This document shows, piece by piece, positions 10,060 through 18,991 of a stretch of 34,487 nt of DNA. This DNA is from Cyanobacteriota bacterium (GTDB lineage Bacteria > Cyanobacteriota > Cyanobacteriia > Cyanobacteriales > Nostocaceae). The position numbers and the translations under genes are program-made. Location of the stretch: the NCBI GenBank assembly GCA_046045965.1, contig JBJOKS010000041.1:1-34487 (forward strand), written 5' to 3'. Each line of letters begins with the position of its first letter. Position 1 is the stretch's first letter. The notes under the pieces were generated by a model, which was not told where the DNA came from, made no database searches, and saw nothing but the letters and a program-made list of their open reading frames with translations.

Positions 10060-10992
10060 CTACACACCAAGATTATTACTGTCTTGCTGATTAATTACTA
10101 ATCGCAAAACTGATAATCCTAAGATTATTAAAAATAGCACTAAACCAATTGTACAAGCATAGCTAAATTCTAAATTACTAAATGCCTGTTCATACAAATA
10201 ATAAACAATTGTTTTAGAACTATTCAGGGGTCCGCCTCCAGTCATAATATAAACTTCTTCAAATACTTTAGTAGCAGAAATAGCAGAAATTACCGCTACT
10301 AAAGCTAAATAAGGCTGCATTAAAGGGATGGTAATATCTAAATGTTTGCGAATCCCATCTGAACCATCAATTGCTGCGGCTTCGTAAATATCAGCAGGAA
10401 TAGATTGCAACCCAGCTAAATAAATTACCATGTAATATCCTAAACCTTTCCAAATAGTCACAGCCATCACACTAGCTAATGAAATTGGGATAATTCCTAA
10501 TATTTTTTCTGGACTTGTTAACCAGGGAATTCCTTCGGGAAATATCCCCAATGTTTTTAATAATTGATTTAATAAACCATTTTCTGCATATAACCATTTC
10601 CAAGCTATACCTGCAACTACCATTGAAATTACCACTGGTGTATAATATGCAGTTCTAAACCAATTCATTCCCTGCAACTTTTGATTTACCAAAATCGCTA
10701 AAATTAAGGGAGCAATTACCAAAATTGGCACAACACCAACAAGATAGAGAAAGGTGTTTTCTAAAGTTTTCCAAAAAACAGCATCTTTCCACAAACGGAT
10801 AAAGTTGTCAAAACCTACCAATTTAGGAGCTTCCCCAATATATTCATAGGTGGTAAAGCTGAGGTAAAATGCTTGCAGTGCAGGCCAAAATACAGTTAAG
10901 CTTAATAAAATTAAAGCTGGTAATAAAAATAAATAAGGCGTTAGTCTCTGTTGAATAATAATCCAGTTTTTGGGTGTTAATTGTTTCATCAT
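10060..10992 (-). CDS. Carbohydrate ABC transporter permease (LacF/UgpA-like)
   Basis: Multiple TM segments and the EAA loop LQSIPADIYEAAAIDG. Confidence 0.93.
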   Translation of the reverse strand: MMKQLTPKNWIIIQQRLTPYLFLLPALILLSLTVFWPALQAFYLSFTTYEYIGEAPKLVGFDNFIRLWKDAVFWKTLENTFLYLVGVVPILVIAPLILAILVNQKLQGMNWFRTAYYTPVVISMVVAGIAWKWLYAENGLLNQLLKTLGIFPEGIPWLTSPEKILGIIPISLASVMAVTIWKGLGYYMVIYLAGLQSIPADIYEAAAIDGSDGIRKHLDITIPLMQPYLALVAVISAISATKVFEEVYIMTGGGPLNSSKTIVYYLYEQAFSNLEFSYACTIGLVLFLIILGLSVLRLVINQQDSNNLGV

Positions 10993-11200
10993 ATAGTAGG
11001 AGTCAGGAGTCAGGATAAATTTTACCCCATCACCTTTATAACTTACTACTTGGGTAAATAGGCGATCGCTAATTTTTTGTATCCTACTTGTCAGTATTCA
11101 TAATAAACAATACTGAAGCCAAAATAATCACAGCTTTCCGAGTCAATATTGATAATTTTGATTAAATCTCGCTTCTCTCTATTGCTGATTTCACAAACAT

Positions 11201-11246
11201 TCTGAATCCTGAATCCTGAATCCTGAATTCTGAATTCTGACTCCTG
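11201..11246. repeat. STRR heptamer tract (TCCTGAA/TTCTGAA)n
   Basis: About 6 tandem heptamers. Confidence 0.85.
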
Positions 11247-11477
11247 CTGTATTAAGAACTAATAAGTTAATTATAAAGATTGAGTAAATGGACTATGATT
11301 CTAATACAAACTAGTGTGCCACTGAAACTGTTAGAAAACTTATTGTTTTTCTGGTAGCAAAATATTGGTGGTGCTGATAACATATCAGCCGAAAAGTTTC
11401 TTAAATATTCAGAAACTTTGGTTCTGTTACTGTTGTCTACACTTTGTTTATAACACGTACACAACTGATGGAATATT

Positions 11478-11514
11478 AGCGCCAGATTTTAATCCGCTTT
11501 ATTTGGCGCTTTTT
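11478..11514 (+). terminator. Putative intrinsic terminator not linked to any clear CDS
   Basis: agcgcca...tggcgct stem followed by TTTT. Confidence 0.45.
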
Positions 11515-11537
11515 CATAGCTGTAACCAATCTCCTTG

Positions 11538-11612
11538 AAAAAAAAATCACCTCCAGCGAAGGTCAATCACCGGAGGATAGAATCAAAGACATTGGAATGT
11601 GGACTAGTCTTG
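11538..11612 (-). ncRNA. Candidate small RNA A (AATGTCTTTG motif plus intrinsic terminator)
   Basis: Minus-strand stem CCUCCGGUGA/UCGCUGGAGG, whose G-U pairs form only on this strand, followed closely by U9. Shares a 10-mer with candidate B. The 5' end is a guess. Confidence 0.5.
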
Positions 11613-11728
11613 ATACCAATTTATCTTGCTCACAAATCTATTCACTCTATCGGAAGGAAAGAGTTTTTACTGTTTCTTAATACGTCGAATGAAGTATTTT
11701 TTCCATTTCTGACTGGAGATTCCGGGTT

Positions 11729-11864
11729 CAATACTGTTCGGTTAAGAGTTTTCGTAGGTTGGGTTGAACAAAGTGAAACCCAACAAACCCTTGTAAATGT
11801 TGGGTTTCCTATCGTCAACCCAACCTACATCATTATATTTTTTGGGCTTAACCGAAAAGTATTG
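11729..11864. mobile_element. Nezha-like MITE, 136 bp, 18-bp TIR CAATACT(G/T)TTCGGTTAAG, 10-bp TSD ATTCCGGGTT, with an internal GTAG-type REP doublet
   Basis: TIRs differ by one base. attccgggtt at 11719-11728 and 11865-11874. Internal palindrome gtaggttgggttga...tcaacccaacctac. Size, TIR length and TSD length fit the described Nezha MITE, but that name is inferred. Confidence 0.9.
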
Positions 11865-11899
11865 ATTCCGGGTTGATTACATTTATCTCGAATAGAGGT

Positions 11900-11993
11900 A
11901 ATAGCACTGTATACCGAATCATCTATAGCCAAAATAGAGCATCAATATAGATGCACTAGCGAAGCCGCTTTGGGACTACCTAAAGCGGTTTTG
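11900..11993 (+). ncRNA. Candidate small RNA C behind a DIF1-like TCCGGG motif
   Basis: TCCGGG at 11867-11872, short hairpin gcatc-aatata-gatgc, then a ccgctttgg/ctaaagcgg stem with TTTT. No ORF. Confidence 0.35.
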
Positions 11994-12026
11994 TAGTCAA
12001 TTTCACGGTTTGTTTAACCAGACATC

Positions 12027-12095
12027 AAAAAAAAGACCCCCGGTTGTACACCGAGGGATTCTGCAAGTCGGAATTATCGCACAAAGACATTCGCG
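12027..12095 (-). ncRNA. Candidate small RNA B (AATGTCTTTG motif plus intrinsic terminator)
   Basis: Extended -10 TGcTATCCT (12109-12101), the motif near the predicted 5' end, an 8-bp stem CCCUCGGU/ACCGGGGG and U8. Confidence 0.55.
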
Positions 12096-12232
12096 CATCT
12101 AGGATAGCAATGCAACACTTCAAAAATCTGCCAAAATGCCATAAACATCAAACGTCAGTATTAGATAATAAATCTGTTATTCTTAATGCCAAAAACATAT
12201 TATGTTCTTGATTTAAAAAATCAAAGGGGTTT

Positions 12233-12390
12233 TATAGCGATCCTAAATAAGATGTGAACACTTCTTTTTTCTCTACCTCTGCGTTCTCTGCGTCTGGAGC
12301 GGTATGGCTAACGCCACGCTCCGCGAACGTTAAAAAATACCGTGATGCCCCGGCACACTACGTGAACACAACTCAAATAGGATTGCTATA
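12233..12390. mobile_element. IS630-type MITE with TATAGC(G/A)ATCCTA termini and nested short dispersed repeats
   Basis: tatagcgatccta...taggattgctata inverted termini ending in TA. Internal ctctgcg repeats and a ggctaacgccacgctccgcgaacg motif. Confidence 0.8.
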
Positions 12391-12443
12391 TACTGAAAAT
12401 TATGAATAAATAATCAGAGTATTATTTTTACACAATCCACAAA

Positions 12444-13391
12444 ATGCGAGAACTATACCCACTCATCCAACCCTACCGAGAAGGTTATTTACAAGTTTCT
12501 GAGTTACACAGGATTCATTTTGAAGAATCAGGAAATCCCCAAGGTCAGCCAATTGTTTTACTGCATGGTGGTCCTGGTGGTGGATGTCCACCCTTTTATC
12601 GACAATATTTCAACCCGGAAAAATGGCGGTTGATTATGTTTGATCAGCGTGGTTGTGGTCAAAGTACACCGCATGCGGAATTACGGGAAAATACGACTTG
12701 GGATTTAGTCAGCGATATTGAAAAATTACGAGAACATTTAGGTATAGAAAAGTGGGTTGTATTTGGCGGAAGTTGGGGAAGTACCCTGTCATTAGCTTAT
12801 AGTCAAACCCATCCTTCTCGCTGTACAGGATTAATTTTGCGTGGCCTTTTTATGTTAAGACAAAAGGAATTATCCTGGTTTTATCAAGAAGGTGCTAGTT
12901 ATATTTTTCCTGATGCTTGGGAAGAATATCTCAAACCCATTCCTATTGAGGAACGTGGGGATATGATTACAGCTTATTACAAACGCTTGACTAGTCCAGA
13001 TTTACAAGTTCAATTAGCAGCAGCACGTGCTTGGTCAATTTGGGAAGGAAGTACCAGTAAATTGTTATTAGATCCGACACTGATACAACAGTTTGGTAAT
13101 GATGAATTTGCGGCAGCTTTTGCACGAATTGAATGCCATTATTTTATTAATCAGGGCTTTTTTACAACTGAAAATCAATTATTAGAAAATGTTCACCGCA
13201 TCCGTCATATTCCTGCGGTTATTGTTCAAGGACGCTATGATGTAGTTTGTCCGATGGTATCAGCTTGGGAATTACATCAAGCTTGGCCAGAAGCAGAATT
13301 TATTGTTGTTCCTGATGCGGGACATTCAATGAGTGAACCGGGAATTCGTAATGCTTTAATTGAGGCTACAGATAGGTTTGCTTCTGTTTAG
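12444..13391 (+). CDS. pip: Proline iminopeptidase
   Basis: LHGGPGGG, DQRGCG.S, FGGSWGS nucleophile elbow, QGRYDVVCP, DAGHS. Confidence 0.96.
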   Translation: MRELYPLIQPYREGYLQVSELHRIHFEESGNPQGQPIVLLHGGPGGGCPPFYRQYFNPEKWRLIMFDQRGCGQSTPHAELRENTTWDLVSDIEKLREHLGIEKWVVFGGSWGSTLSLAYSQTHPSRCTGLILRGLFMLRQKELSWFYQEGASYIFPDAWEEYLKPIPIEERGDMITAYYKRLTSPDLQVQLAAARAWSIWEGSTSKLLLDPTLIQQFGNDEFAAAFARIECHYFINQGFFTTENQLLENVHRIRHIPAVIVQGRYDVVCPMVSAWELHQAWPEAEFIVVPDAGHSMSEPGIRNALIEATDRFASV

Positions 13392-13419
13392 AAGTGATAT
13401 TTGCTGTAAAGTTACGGCG

Positions 13420-14841
13420 TTACAAAAACGGACTCCTGCCCCCTGTCTCCTGCCTTCTGCCTTCGTTAAAAGACCCATACCAATGATGCACTGCTAACCA
13501 CCCGACTGATAACAAACCTGCCAAACTCAAGGTTAAACCACTCAAGGGAATTAATAATGCAAATACAGGTAAAATTGCTCCAGCAATAGTACAAATAATT
13601 GCTGCTAAAGCAGCGCGACTATTTGCACCTAAACCATAGGTTAAACCGAGTAATATTAATGAAATCATTAACCAAGCTATTTCTGCATTAATTATCCGCG
13701 CCATATAGGTTAAAGTTAATAAGCAAGCAAAGAAAATACCCGCAGCGATCGCCACATTTTTTAAACTCATGGGTAGGGACAAATACAGCAGTAATATCCA
13801 CCACAAAAATAACGCTGGCGCTAACAGTAACAACCGGGGAATAATGCCAGTTTTACCAATTGGTTGGGTGCTGGTAAATACGCCAAAAGGATTTCTGACG
13901 GAAACATTATCATCAAATATCCAAGTAAATTGGGTACTGTCTCCATCACTTTTAATTTCATGAGGAACAATACCACTAGCGAAGTCGGCATTTCTAAAAT
14001 TAGCAGTTGCTGTGAGACGAAATTGAGAAAGTAACTGATTGGTGGCATTATAAACCCAACGTGGTCCACCTTGCGCTTGATAGCTAACTTTTATAGTCGT
14101 TTCTTGTCCTGGTTCTAAGCGAAAGGGAAAACCATAATCTCCGGGGTTTGTTTGTTTTAATCTGGTTCCATCTCGTTCTACTTTGTAACTAGAAAGTAGT
14201 GTGTAACCTGATGGTGGTGGTGCTTCAAAGAAAAAACTATTAACATCACTTAATTGGTTGACAATTTTGTAATCAGCAGTGTAGTTTGTGCTATAAATGG
14301 CACTGCGATTTTGAACGTTTACACTTTGGTCAATTTTAACTTGAATATTTGAACCTGCTAAGTTGAGATAGCGAGTAACTTTTTGTTTATCTGTCACCTT
14401 GACTATTTTGCCGTTAACTTGGGTATTATAGCTGTATGGTTCTTCGATGATGTAGCGTACTTGGGGTGCATTTTGTTCTAATTTATCACCTGCTACACTT
14501 TCGGCTACTTGTGCTACTTTTGCTTGTTCCCAATGGTGATAACGGTTGCTTAAAGTAGAAGTGAGGAAAAATCCGGTGACTACTAAAATTAAAATCAGGG
14601 CTAAATGTTGTAGTCCTTTTAATAGTTGAGAATAACGAATAGACCATTCCCCAAAGAAAACAGCTTGTTCACTGGTGTTGCGTCTGAGAGAAAAACTGAT
14701 GAGGGCGATCGCTACTCCCAAGGCTACAATTAAAAATACAAATAATAGTGAACCTTGAAGTAGTTGCGTACCAAACTTGATTAACTCATCGGGATGTGTT
14801 AAATCTGGTAATCCGGGAATACCTTGAGCAGAAGGAGACAT
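13420..14841 (-). CDS. Integral membrane protein with a large extracytoplasmic domain, CreD-like topology
   Basis: Two N-terminal TMs, a soluble domain of about 230 aa and about 5 C-terminal TMs. CreD similarity rests on topology and loose motifs only. Confidence 0.6.
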   Translation of the reverse strand: MSPSAQGIPGLPDLTHPDELIKFGTQLLQGSLLFVFLIVALGVAIALISFSLRRNTSEQAVFFGEWSIRYSQLLKGLQHLALILILVVTGFFLTSTLSNRYHHWEQAKVAQVAESVAGDKLEQNAPQVRYIIEEPYSYNTQVNGKIVKVTDKQKVTRYLNLAGSNIQVKIDQSVNVQNRSAIYSTNYTADYKIVNQLSDVNSFFFEAPPPSGYTLLSSYKVERDGTRLKQTNPGDYGFPFRLEPGQETTIKVSYQAQGGPRWVYNATNQLLSQFRLTATANFRNADFASGIVPHEIKSDGDSTQFTWIFDDNVSVRNPFGVFTSTQPIGKTGIIPRLLLLAPALFLWWILLLYLSLPMSLKNVAIAAGIFFACLLTLTYMARIINAEIAWLMISLILLGLTYGLGANSRAALAAIICTIAGAILPVFALLIPLSGLTLSLAGLLSVGWLAVHHWYGSFNEGRRQETGGRSPFL

Positions 14842-14937
14842 GGGTAGATATGTAGATTTTCAGATATTTAAACAACTTGACAGATGTAATTTCGCAAAAG
14901 TTTCTGCAAAAATACTAGGAATATATTGTTAAATTTA

Positions 14938-15882
14938 ATGACTAATATCCAGTTGGAAAAAATCCATGCACAACAGCAAACCCAAACTGAGCCGTATTTA
15001 GGTCTGGTTTGTATTACATCTGACAAACAAGTGCGTTTTCGGACTATTACCCGCACCCGTTATTTAAAACTATCTGTTCAACAACGTGAAGACAGTCTGA
15101 GAGAACTTTATCAACATAATTTGCGCTGTTTGAATGGGGCATTAACTTTCTGTCAACAGCAGAATATTCGGCTTTATCGCATGACTTCGGCTTTGTTTCC
15201 CATGAGTGATATGGAAGATAAAATTGGCGCAAATATCTTAGCAGAAATGAGCGTTGATTTAGGTAAAATTGGTCAAAGGGCAGAAAATTTAGGGATCAGA
15301 ATGGTGTTGCATCCAGATCAGTTTGTAGTGTTAAGTTCTGATTCTGATGAAGTCTTAGAAAACAGTATCAAAATTTTAGCAAACCACGCCCATACTTTAG
15401 ATTTACTCGGTTTACCTCAGTCACCTTGGGCATTAATGAATATTCATGGTGGTAAATCTCAACGTGCAGAAAAGTTGGTAAAGGTAATTTCTGAACTACC
15501 ACCAGGTATCAAAAATCGTTTGACTTTAGAAAATGATGAATATGCCTATAATGCTAGGGATCTTTTAGCTGTATGTGAACAGGCAGGTATACCGATGGTT
15601 TTTGATGCTCATCACCATATTTGCTATGAAAATTTAGATTCTTATAATCATCCTAGTGTAGAGTCTATGGTTTTGGCAGCAAGGGAAACTTGGAAAAATC
15701 CAGATTGGCAGTTAGTACATATTTCTAATGGTGAATCAGGTTTTAATGATAGAAAGCATAGTGATTTAATTATTGCTATGCCTGATGCTTATTATCAAGT
15801 ACCTTGGATAGAGGTGGAAGCGAAACACAAAGAAAAAGCGATCGCTCATTTGCAAGATTGGTGGTTAATGCAGAAGAATTAA
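14938..15882 (+). CDS. uvsE: UV DNA damage endonuclease (UvsE/UVDE)
   Basis: LGLVCIT, IRLYRMTS.LFP, HPDQFVVLSS, IHGG, LENDE, VFDAHHH, VEAK.KE.A. ATG at 14938 is preferred over TTG at 14926. Confidence 0.95.
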   Translation: MTNIQLEKIHAQQQTQTEPYLGLVCITSDKQVRFRTITRTRYLKLSVQQREDSLRELYQHNLRCLNGALTFCQQQNIRLYRMTSALFPMSDMEDKIGANILAEMSVDLGKIGQRAENLGIRMVLHPDQFVVLSSDSDEVLENSIKILANHAHTLDLLGLPQSPWALMNIHGGKSQRAEKLVKVISELPPGIKNRLTLENDEYAYNARDLLAVCEQAGIPMVFDAHHHICYENLDSYNHPSVESMVLAARETWKNPDWQLVHISNGESGFNDRKHSDLIIAMPDAYYQVPWIEVEAKHKEKAIAHLQDWWLMQKN

Positions 15883-15939
15883 CGTTATATTAACTTTACT
15901 TACGTATTTTCCTCCTGGTGCAAAATAATAAATTCAGAT

Positions 15940-17538
15940 ATGGCGATCGCGATTGATTTTGGTACTAGCAACACAGTCATTACTCGCTGGAACCCCGTTA
16001 CCCAGCAGCCAGAAACCTTGACTTTACCGGGTTTGTCCATTCAACAAAGTCTCAATCCCCCACTAATTCCTAGCTTAGTCTATGTAGAAGAAGCGAGTCA
16101 GGGTAAAATCTTAGTTGGCCAGCAAGTGCGCGATCGCGGTTTGGATCTCAAAGGTAATACCAGATTTTTCCGTAGTTTTAAACGCGGTATTGGCGCAGAT
16201 ATTCAGGGTTTTTTGCCAGAATTAGATGGGGAAATCGTCACCTTTGAAAAAGTCGGAAAATGGTTTTTAACCAGGGTAATTGAAGAATTAGCACTAATAG
16301 AAGGCGGTTTAGATTCTTTGGTGTTAACAGTACCTGTAGACAGTTTTGAAGCTTATCGTCACTGGTTAGGTAAAGTTTTTCAAGCACTACCTATAGAACA
16401 AGTTAGGATGTTAGATGAACCCACCGCCGCAGCTTTAGGTTATGGTTTAACAGCACAAGAAAATCTGTTAGTAATTGATTTTGGTGGTGGAACATTAGAT
16501 TTATCTTTAGTACGTTTAGATCAACAGGCACAAACTAATACTAAACCTGTCGGATTTTTATTGAAGTGGGGGAATAAATCTTTAGCAGAAGATTCAAAAC
16601 AAAAGGTAAAAACAGCCCGTGTATTAGCAAAAGCAGGGCAAAATTTAGGTGGTACAGATATTGATAATTGGATAGTTGATTATTTTGTCAAAACTCAAGG
16701 ATTACCTGTAAATTCTCTAATTACTCGGTTAGCAGAACGGGTAAAAATTCAATTATCTACCCAAAATCAAGCCAGTGAAGTTTATTTTAATGATGAGACT
16801 TTTGAAAGTTATGAATTGGATCTTGATCGTCAGACTTTAGAGAATATTCTCAAAGATAATGGATTTTTTGACAAGTTACATGATACCATGATGACCTTGT
16901 TACAACAAGCCCGTCGTCAAGGTATAGAACTAGATGATATTAATGCGGTTTTGTTAGTGGGTGGATCTGTACAATTACCCGCAGTGCGGACATGGGTACA
17001 ACAATATTTTGAACCAGAAAAAATCCGTTGTGAACGTCCGTTTGAAGCGATCGCTCAAGGTGCGCTACAAATTACACAGGGACTAGAAATCAAAGACTTT
17101 CTGTATCATAGCTATGGAGTGCGTTACTGGGATCGACGTAACCAGCGTCACAGTTGGCAACCAATAATTAAAGCTGGTCAAAGTTATCCCATGAGTCAAC
17201 CAGTAGAATTAGTTTTAGGTGCTTCTAGGGAAAATCAACCGAGTATTGAGTTAATTTTAGGAGAATTAGGAGCAGAAACAGGAGATACAGAAGTTTATTT
17301 TGATGGTGAACGCTTAGTTACTCGCAAAATTAAGTGTTTGACAACTACCGTTAAACCCCTAAATGATCAAGAAGGTGCGAGAAATATTGCTCAACTTACA
17401 CCTCCAGGTTTTCCAGGAAGCGATCGCATTAAAGTTATGTTTCAAGTTGATGAACAACGTTTTTTAAGAATTACCGTTGAAGACTTGTTAACTAATGATA
17501 CCCTGGTAGAAAATCAACTTGTAGCACAATTGAGTTAA
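15940..17538 (+). CDS. Hsp70-family (DnaK-like, short) protein
   Basis: AIDFGTSNT, LDEPTAAALGY, IDFGGGTLD, LGGTDID, LLVGGS..LP. 532 aa, lacking the DnaK helical lid and tail. Confidence 0.9.
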   Translation: MAIAIDFGTSNTVITRWNPVTQQPETLTLPGLSIQQSLNPPLIPSLVYVEEASQGKILVGQQVRDRGLDLKGNTRFFRSFKRGIGADIQGFLPELDGEIVTFEKVGKWFLTRVIEELALIEGGLDSLVLTVPVDSFEAYRHWLGKVFQALPIEQVRMLDEPTAAALGYGLTAQENLLVIDFGGGTLDLSLVRLDQQAQTNTKPVGFLLKWGNKSLAEDSKQKVKTARVLAKAGQNLGGTDIDNWIVDYFVKTQGLPVNSLITRLAERVKIQLSTQNQASEVYFNDETFESYELDLDRQTLENILKDNGFFDKLHDTMMTLLQQARRQGIELDDINAVLLVGGSVQLPAVRTWVQQYFEPEKIRCERPFEAIAQGALQITQGLEIKDFLYHSYGVRYWDRRNQRHSWQPIIKAGQSYPMSQPVELVLGASRENQPSIELILGELGAETGDTEVYFDGERLVTRKIKCLTTTVKPLNDQEGARNIAQLTPPGFPGSDRIKVMFQVDEQRFLRITVEDLLTNDTLVENQLVAQLS

Positions 17539-17640
17539 GCATTGGGGTGAAACTGGGGACTGGAGATTGGGAAAAGGGGATGGTTATAGCTCTTGAAAGC
17601 CTTAGCAAGCCCTACTGAGGTTTTTTCCCGCCAACTTACT
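17538..17640. mobile_element. Degenerate TA-flanked MITE-like element abutting the Hsp70 stop codon
   Basis: Right end ttttttcccgccaacttact|ta resembles the ends of 17799-17916. Left end ta|agcattggggtgaaa is a weaker match. Internal actgggg heptamers. Confidence 0.5.
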
Positions 17641-17642
17641 TA

Positions 17643-18289
17643 CCTAGAATTTTTGATTCACTAGGAGTTAACTGAAGACGGTAGTCTACAACCTCCGCAA
17701 CAGGAGCATATTTTTCTACAGATACAGTGGTTACAGGCTGCCCTTGATTATTAATTTGTTCACCTAAACTGGCATTAGTGTTACCCAGATTATAATTAAG
17801 TAAGTCGGTGAGAAAAAACAGAAGTATGTAACAAAAAGTAAATTAACCAAAACCCTCTTCCCTTTTGCCTTTTGCCTCTTGCCTGTCATAACGACAATTT
17901 TTAACGCCCACCTACTTAAATCCAATAAATATTTGGTCGTTGGTTGACGACTGTAAATCTTGAGAACTATGGCTAACTCTCACACGGCGTTCTTCCCCAG
18001 GATTTAAAGAAAATAAACAAGGAAACGCAAATATATCTTCTGTAGCAGTGAGTTGCATTTCACCTTTAGAGTCTTGACTCCAAGCATAAGTATTTGTTTG
18101 AAATCGTAAAGTTTCATGACTATCATTACGTACAGTAAGAACTTGATTAGAAACTTGTCCAGATAAAGAAACTCGCACAGGGTTCACTTGAAAATTACCT
18201 GACCAAGCTTGCTGTACTTGAATTCCCCCTAGACCAGTTAGTAAACTCAAAAATGCCAACCTGGTGATTTTTTGGTGGAAAGAAGACAT
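17643..18289 (-). pseudogene. Chaperone-usher pilus remnant: N-terminal half of a PapD/CsuC-like chaperone joined to an usher-like fragment, interrupted by a MITE
   Basis: Signal peptide plus FQVNPVRVSL...LTVRNDS...WSQ...FP.LFSLNPGEERRVRV. Removing the MITE restores a frame continuing IFIGFNYNLGNTNASLG...TTVSVEKYAPVAEVVDYRLQL. Confidence 0.7.
17799..17916. mobile_element. TA-flanked MITE (AGTA(A/G)GT...ACCTACT), copy 1
   Basis: TA at 17797-17798 and 17917-17918. Strongly similar to 19822-19954 (shared gtatgt..aaaagtaaa..ccaaaac.ctcttcc and aacgacaatttttaacgcc.acctact). Cargo (TTTTGCC)n. Confidence 0.88.
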
Positions 18290-18582
18290 AATTTTGTTTT
18301 GATAGAATGCAAATTAGGGAAAGCAAAACCCAGATCCTATCTAGTGGATGATTTTGAGACTAGATAGTAATTTGTTTGACGCAATATTAAGTAGGAGTTT
18401 TTATTTGTCCTCTGCGCTGCTTTCATGATCTAAATATACAAATTTATTTTTATTGGGCAAAGCGTGAAAAAGCTGAGTTTTTTCAAATCTGCCATCCTTG
18501 AAGATATGTAGGTACACACACCTGAAATAGCAGTATATTCCTGTAAATTCTCTTTTAAACCTATGCCACGAATAGCAGAAAT

Positions 18583-18705
18583 CAGGACTTACGCAACTGG
18601 CACATTGGTAGGGTGCGTCAGATATCAATAATATGTTTATTTGCAGGATTTATGCAGTCTGACGCACCCTAAAACAGATTTTTGGTGTAACTGAAGTAAG
18701 TCCTA
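18583..18705. mobile_element. MITE with AGGACTTAC termini, 6-bp TSD AGAAAT and an internal GTAG-type REP doublet
   Basis: caggacttac...gtaagtccta termini. agaaat at 18577-18582 and 18706-18711. Internal tagggtgcgtcaga...tctgacgcacccta inverted repeat. Confidence 0.85.
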
Positions 18706-18991
18706 AGAAATGAATCATCTGTGTTTCAAATCGGAAGGGTAATAGCTTTCATTTTCAGCTTCTGCTGCAATACTTAGGTAATATCATCTATTTACTGATG
18801 ACGCATTTGCGGTTGAGGGGACGATAAGCAAGAAGTCAGGAGTAAAACTCTCTTAAAATGACGTAAGTTCGACAGATATTTATTGGGAAAGAAGGGAACT
18901 TTTCACAGGGAACAGGGAAGATGTAAAAGACAGAAGGCAGGAAGAGCGTATTAATTTTGACTTTTAATTTGTCTCCCCATATCCCCAGTGC

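Noticed and set aside
11535..11876. 113-aa plus-strand ORF
   Set aside because: TTG start, runs antisense through a terminator and through a MITE, and has no recognisable protein features.
12158..12171. Possible NtcA box upstream of candidate sRNA B (GTA-N8-TAA)
   Set aside because: It mismatches GTA-N8-TAC and lies about 70 nt from the predicted start rather than about 42.
14880..14937. LexA box upstream of uvsE
   Set aside because: No convincing match to the cyanobacterial RGTAC-N3-DGTWC consensus.
18401..18628. 75-aa ORF with a CxxC motif
   Set aside because: Its start and the CxxC come from the MITE/REP at 18583-18705, so it is a chance ORF.
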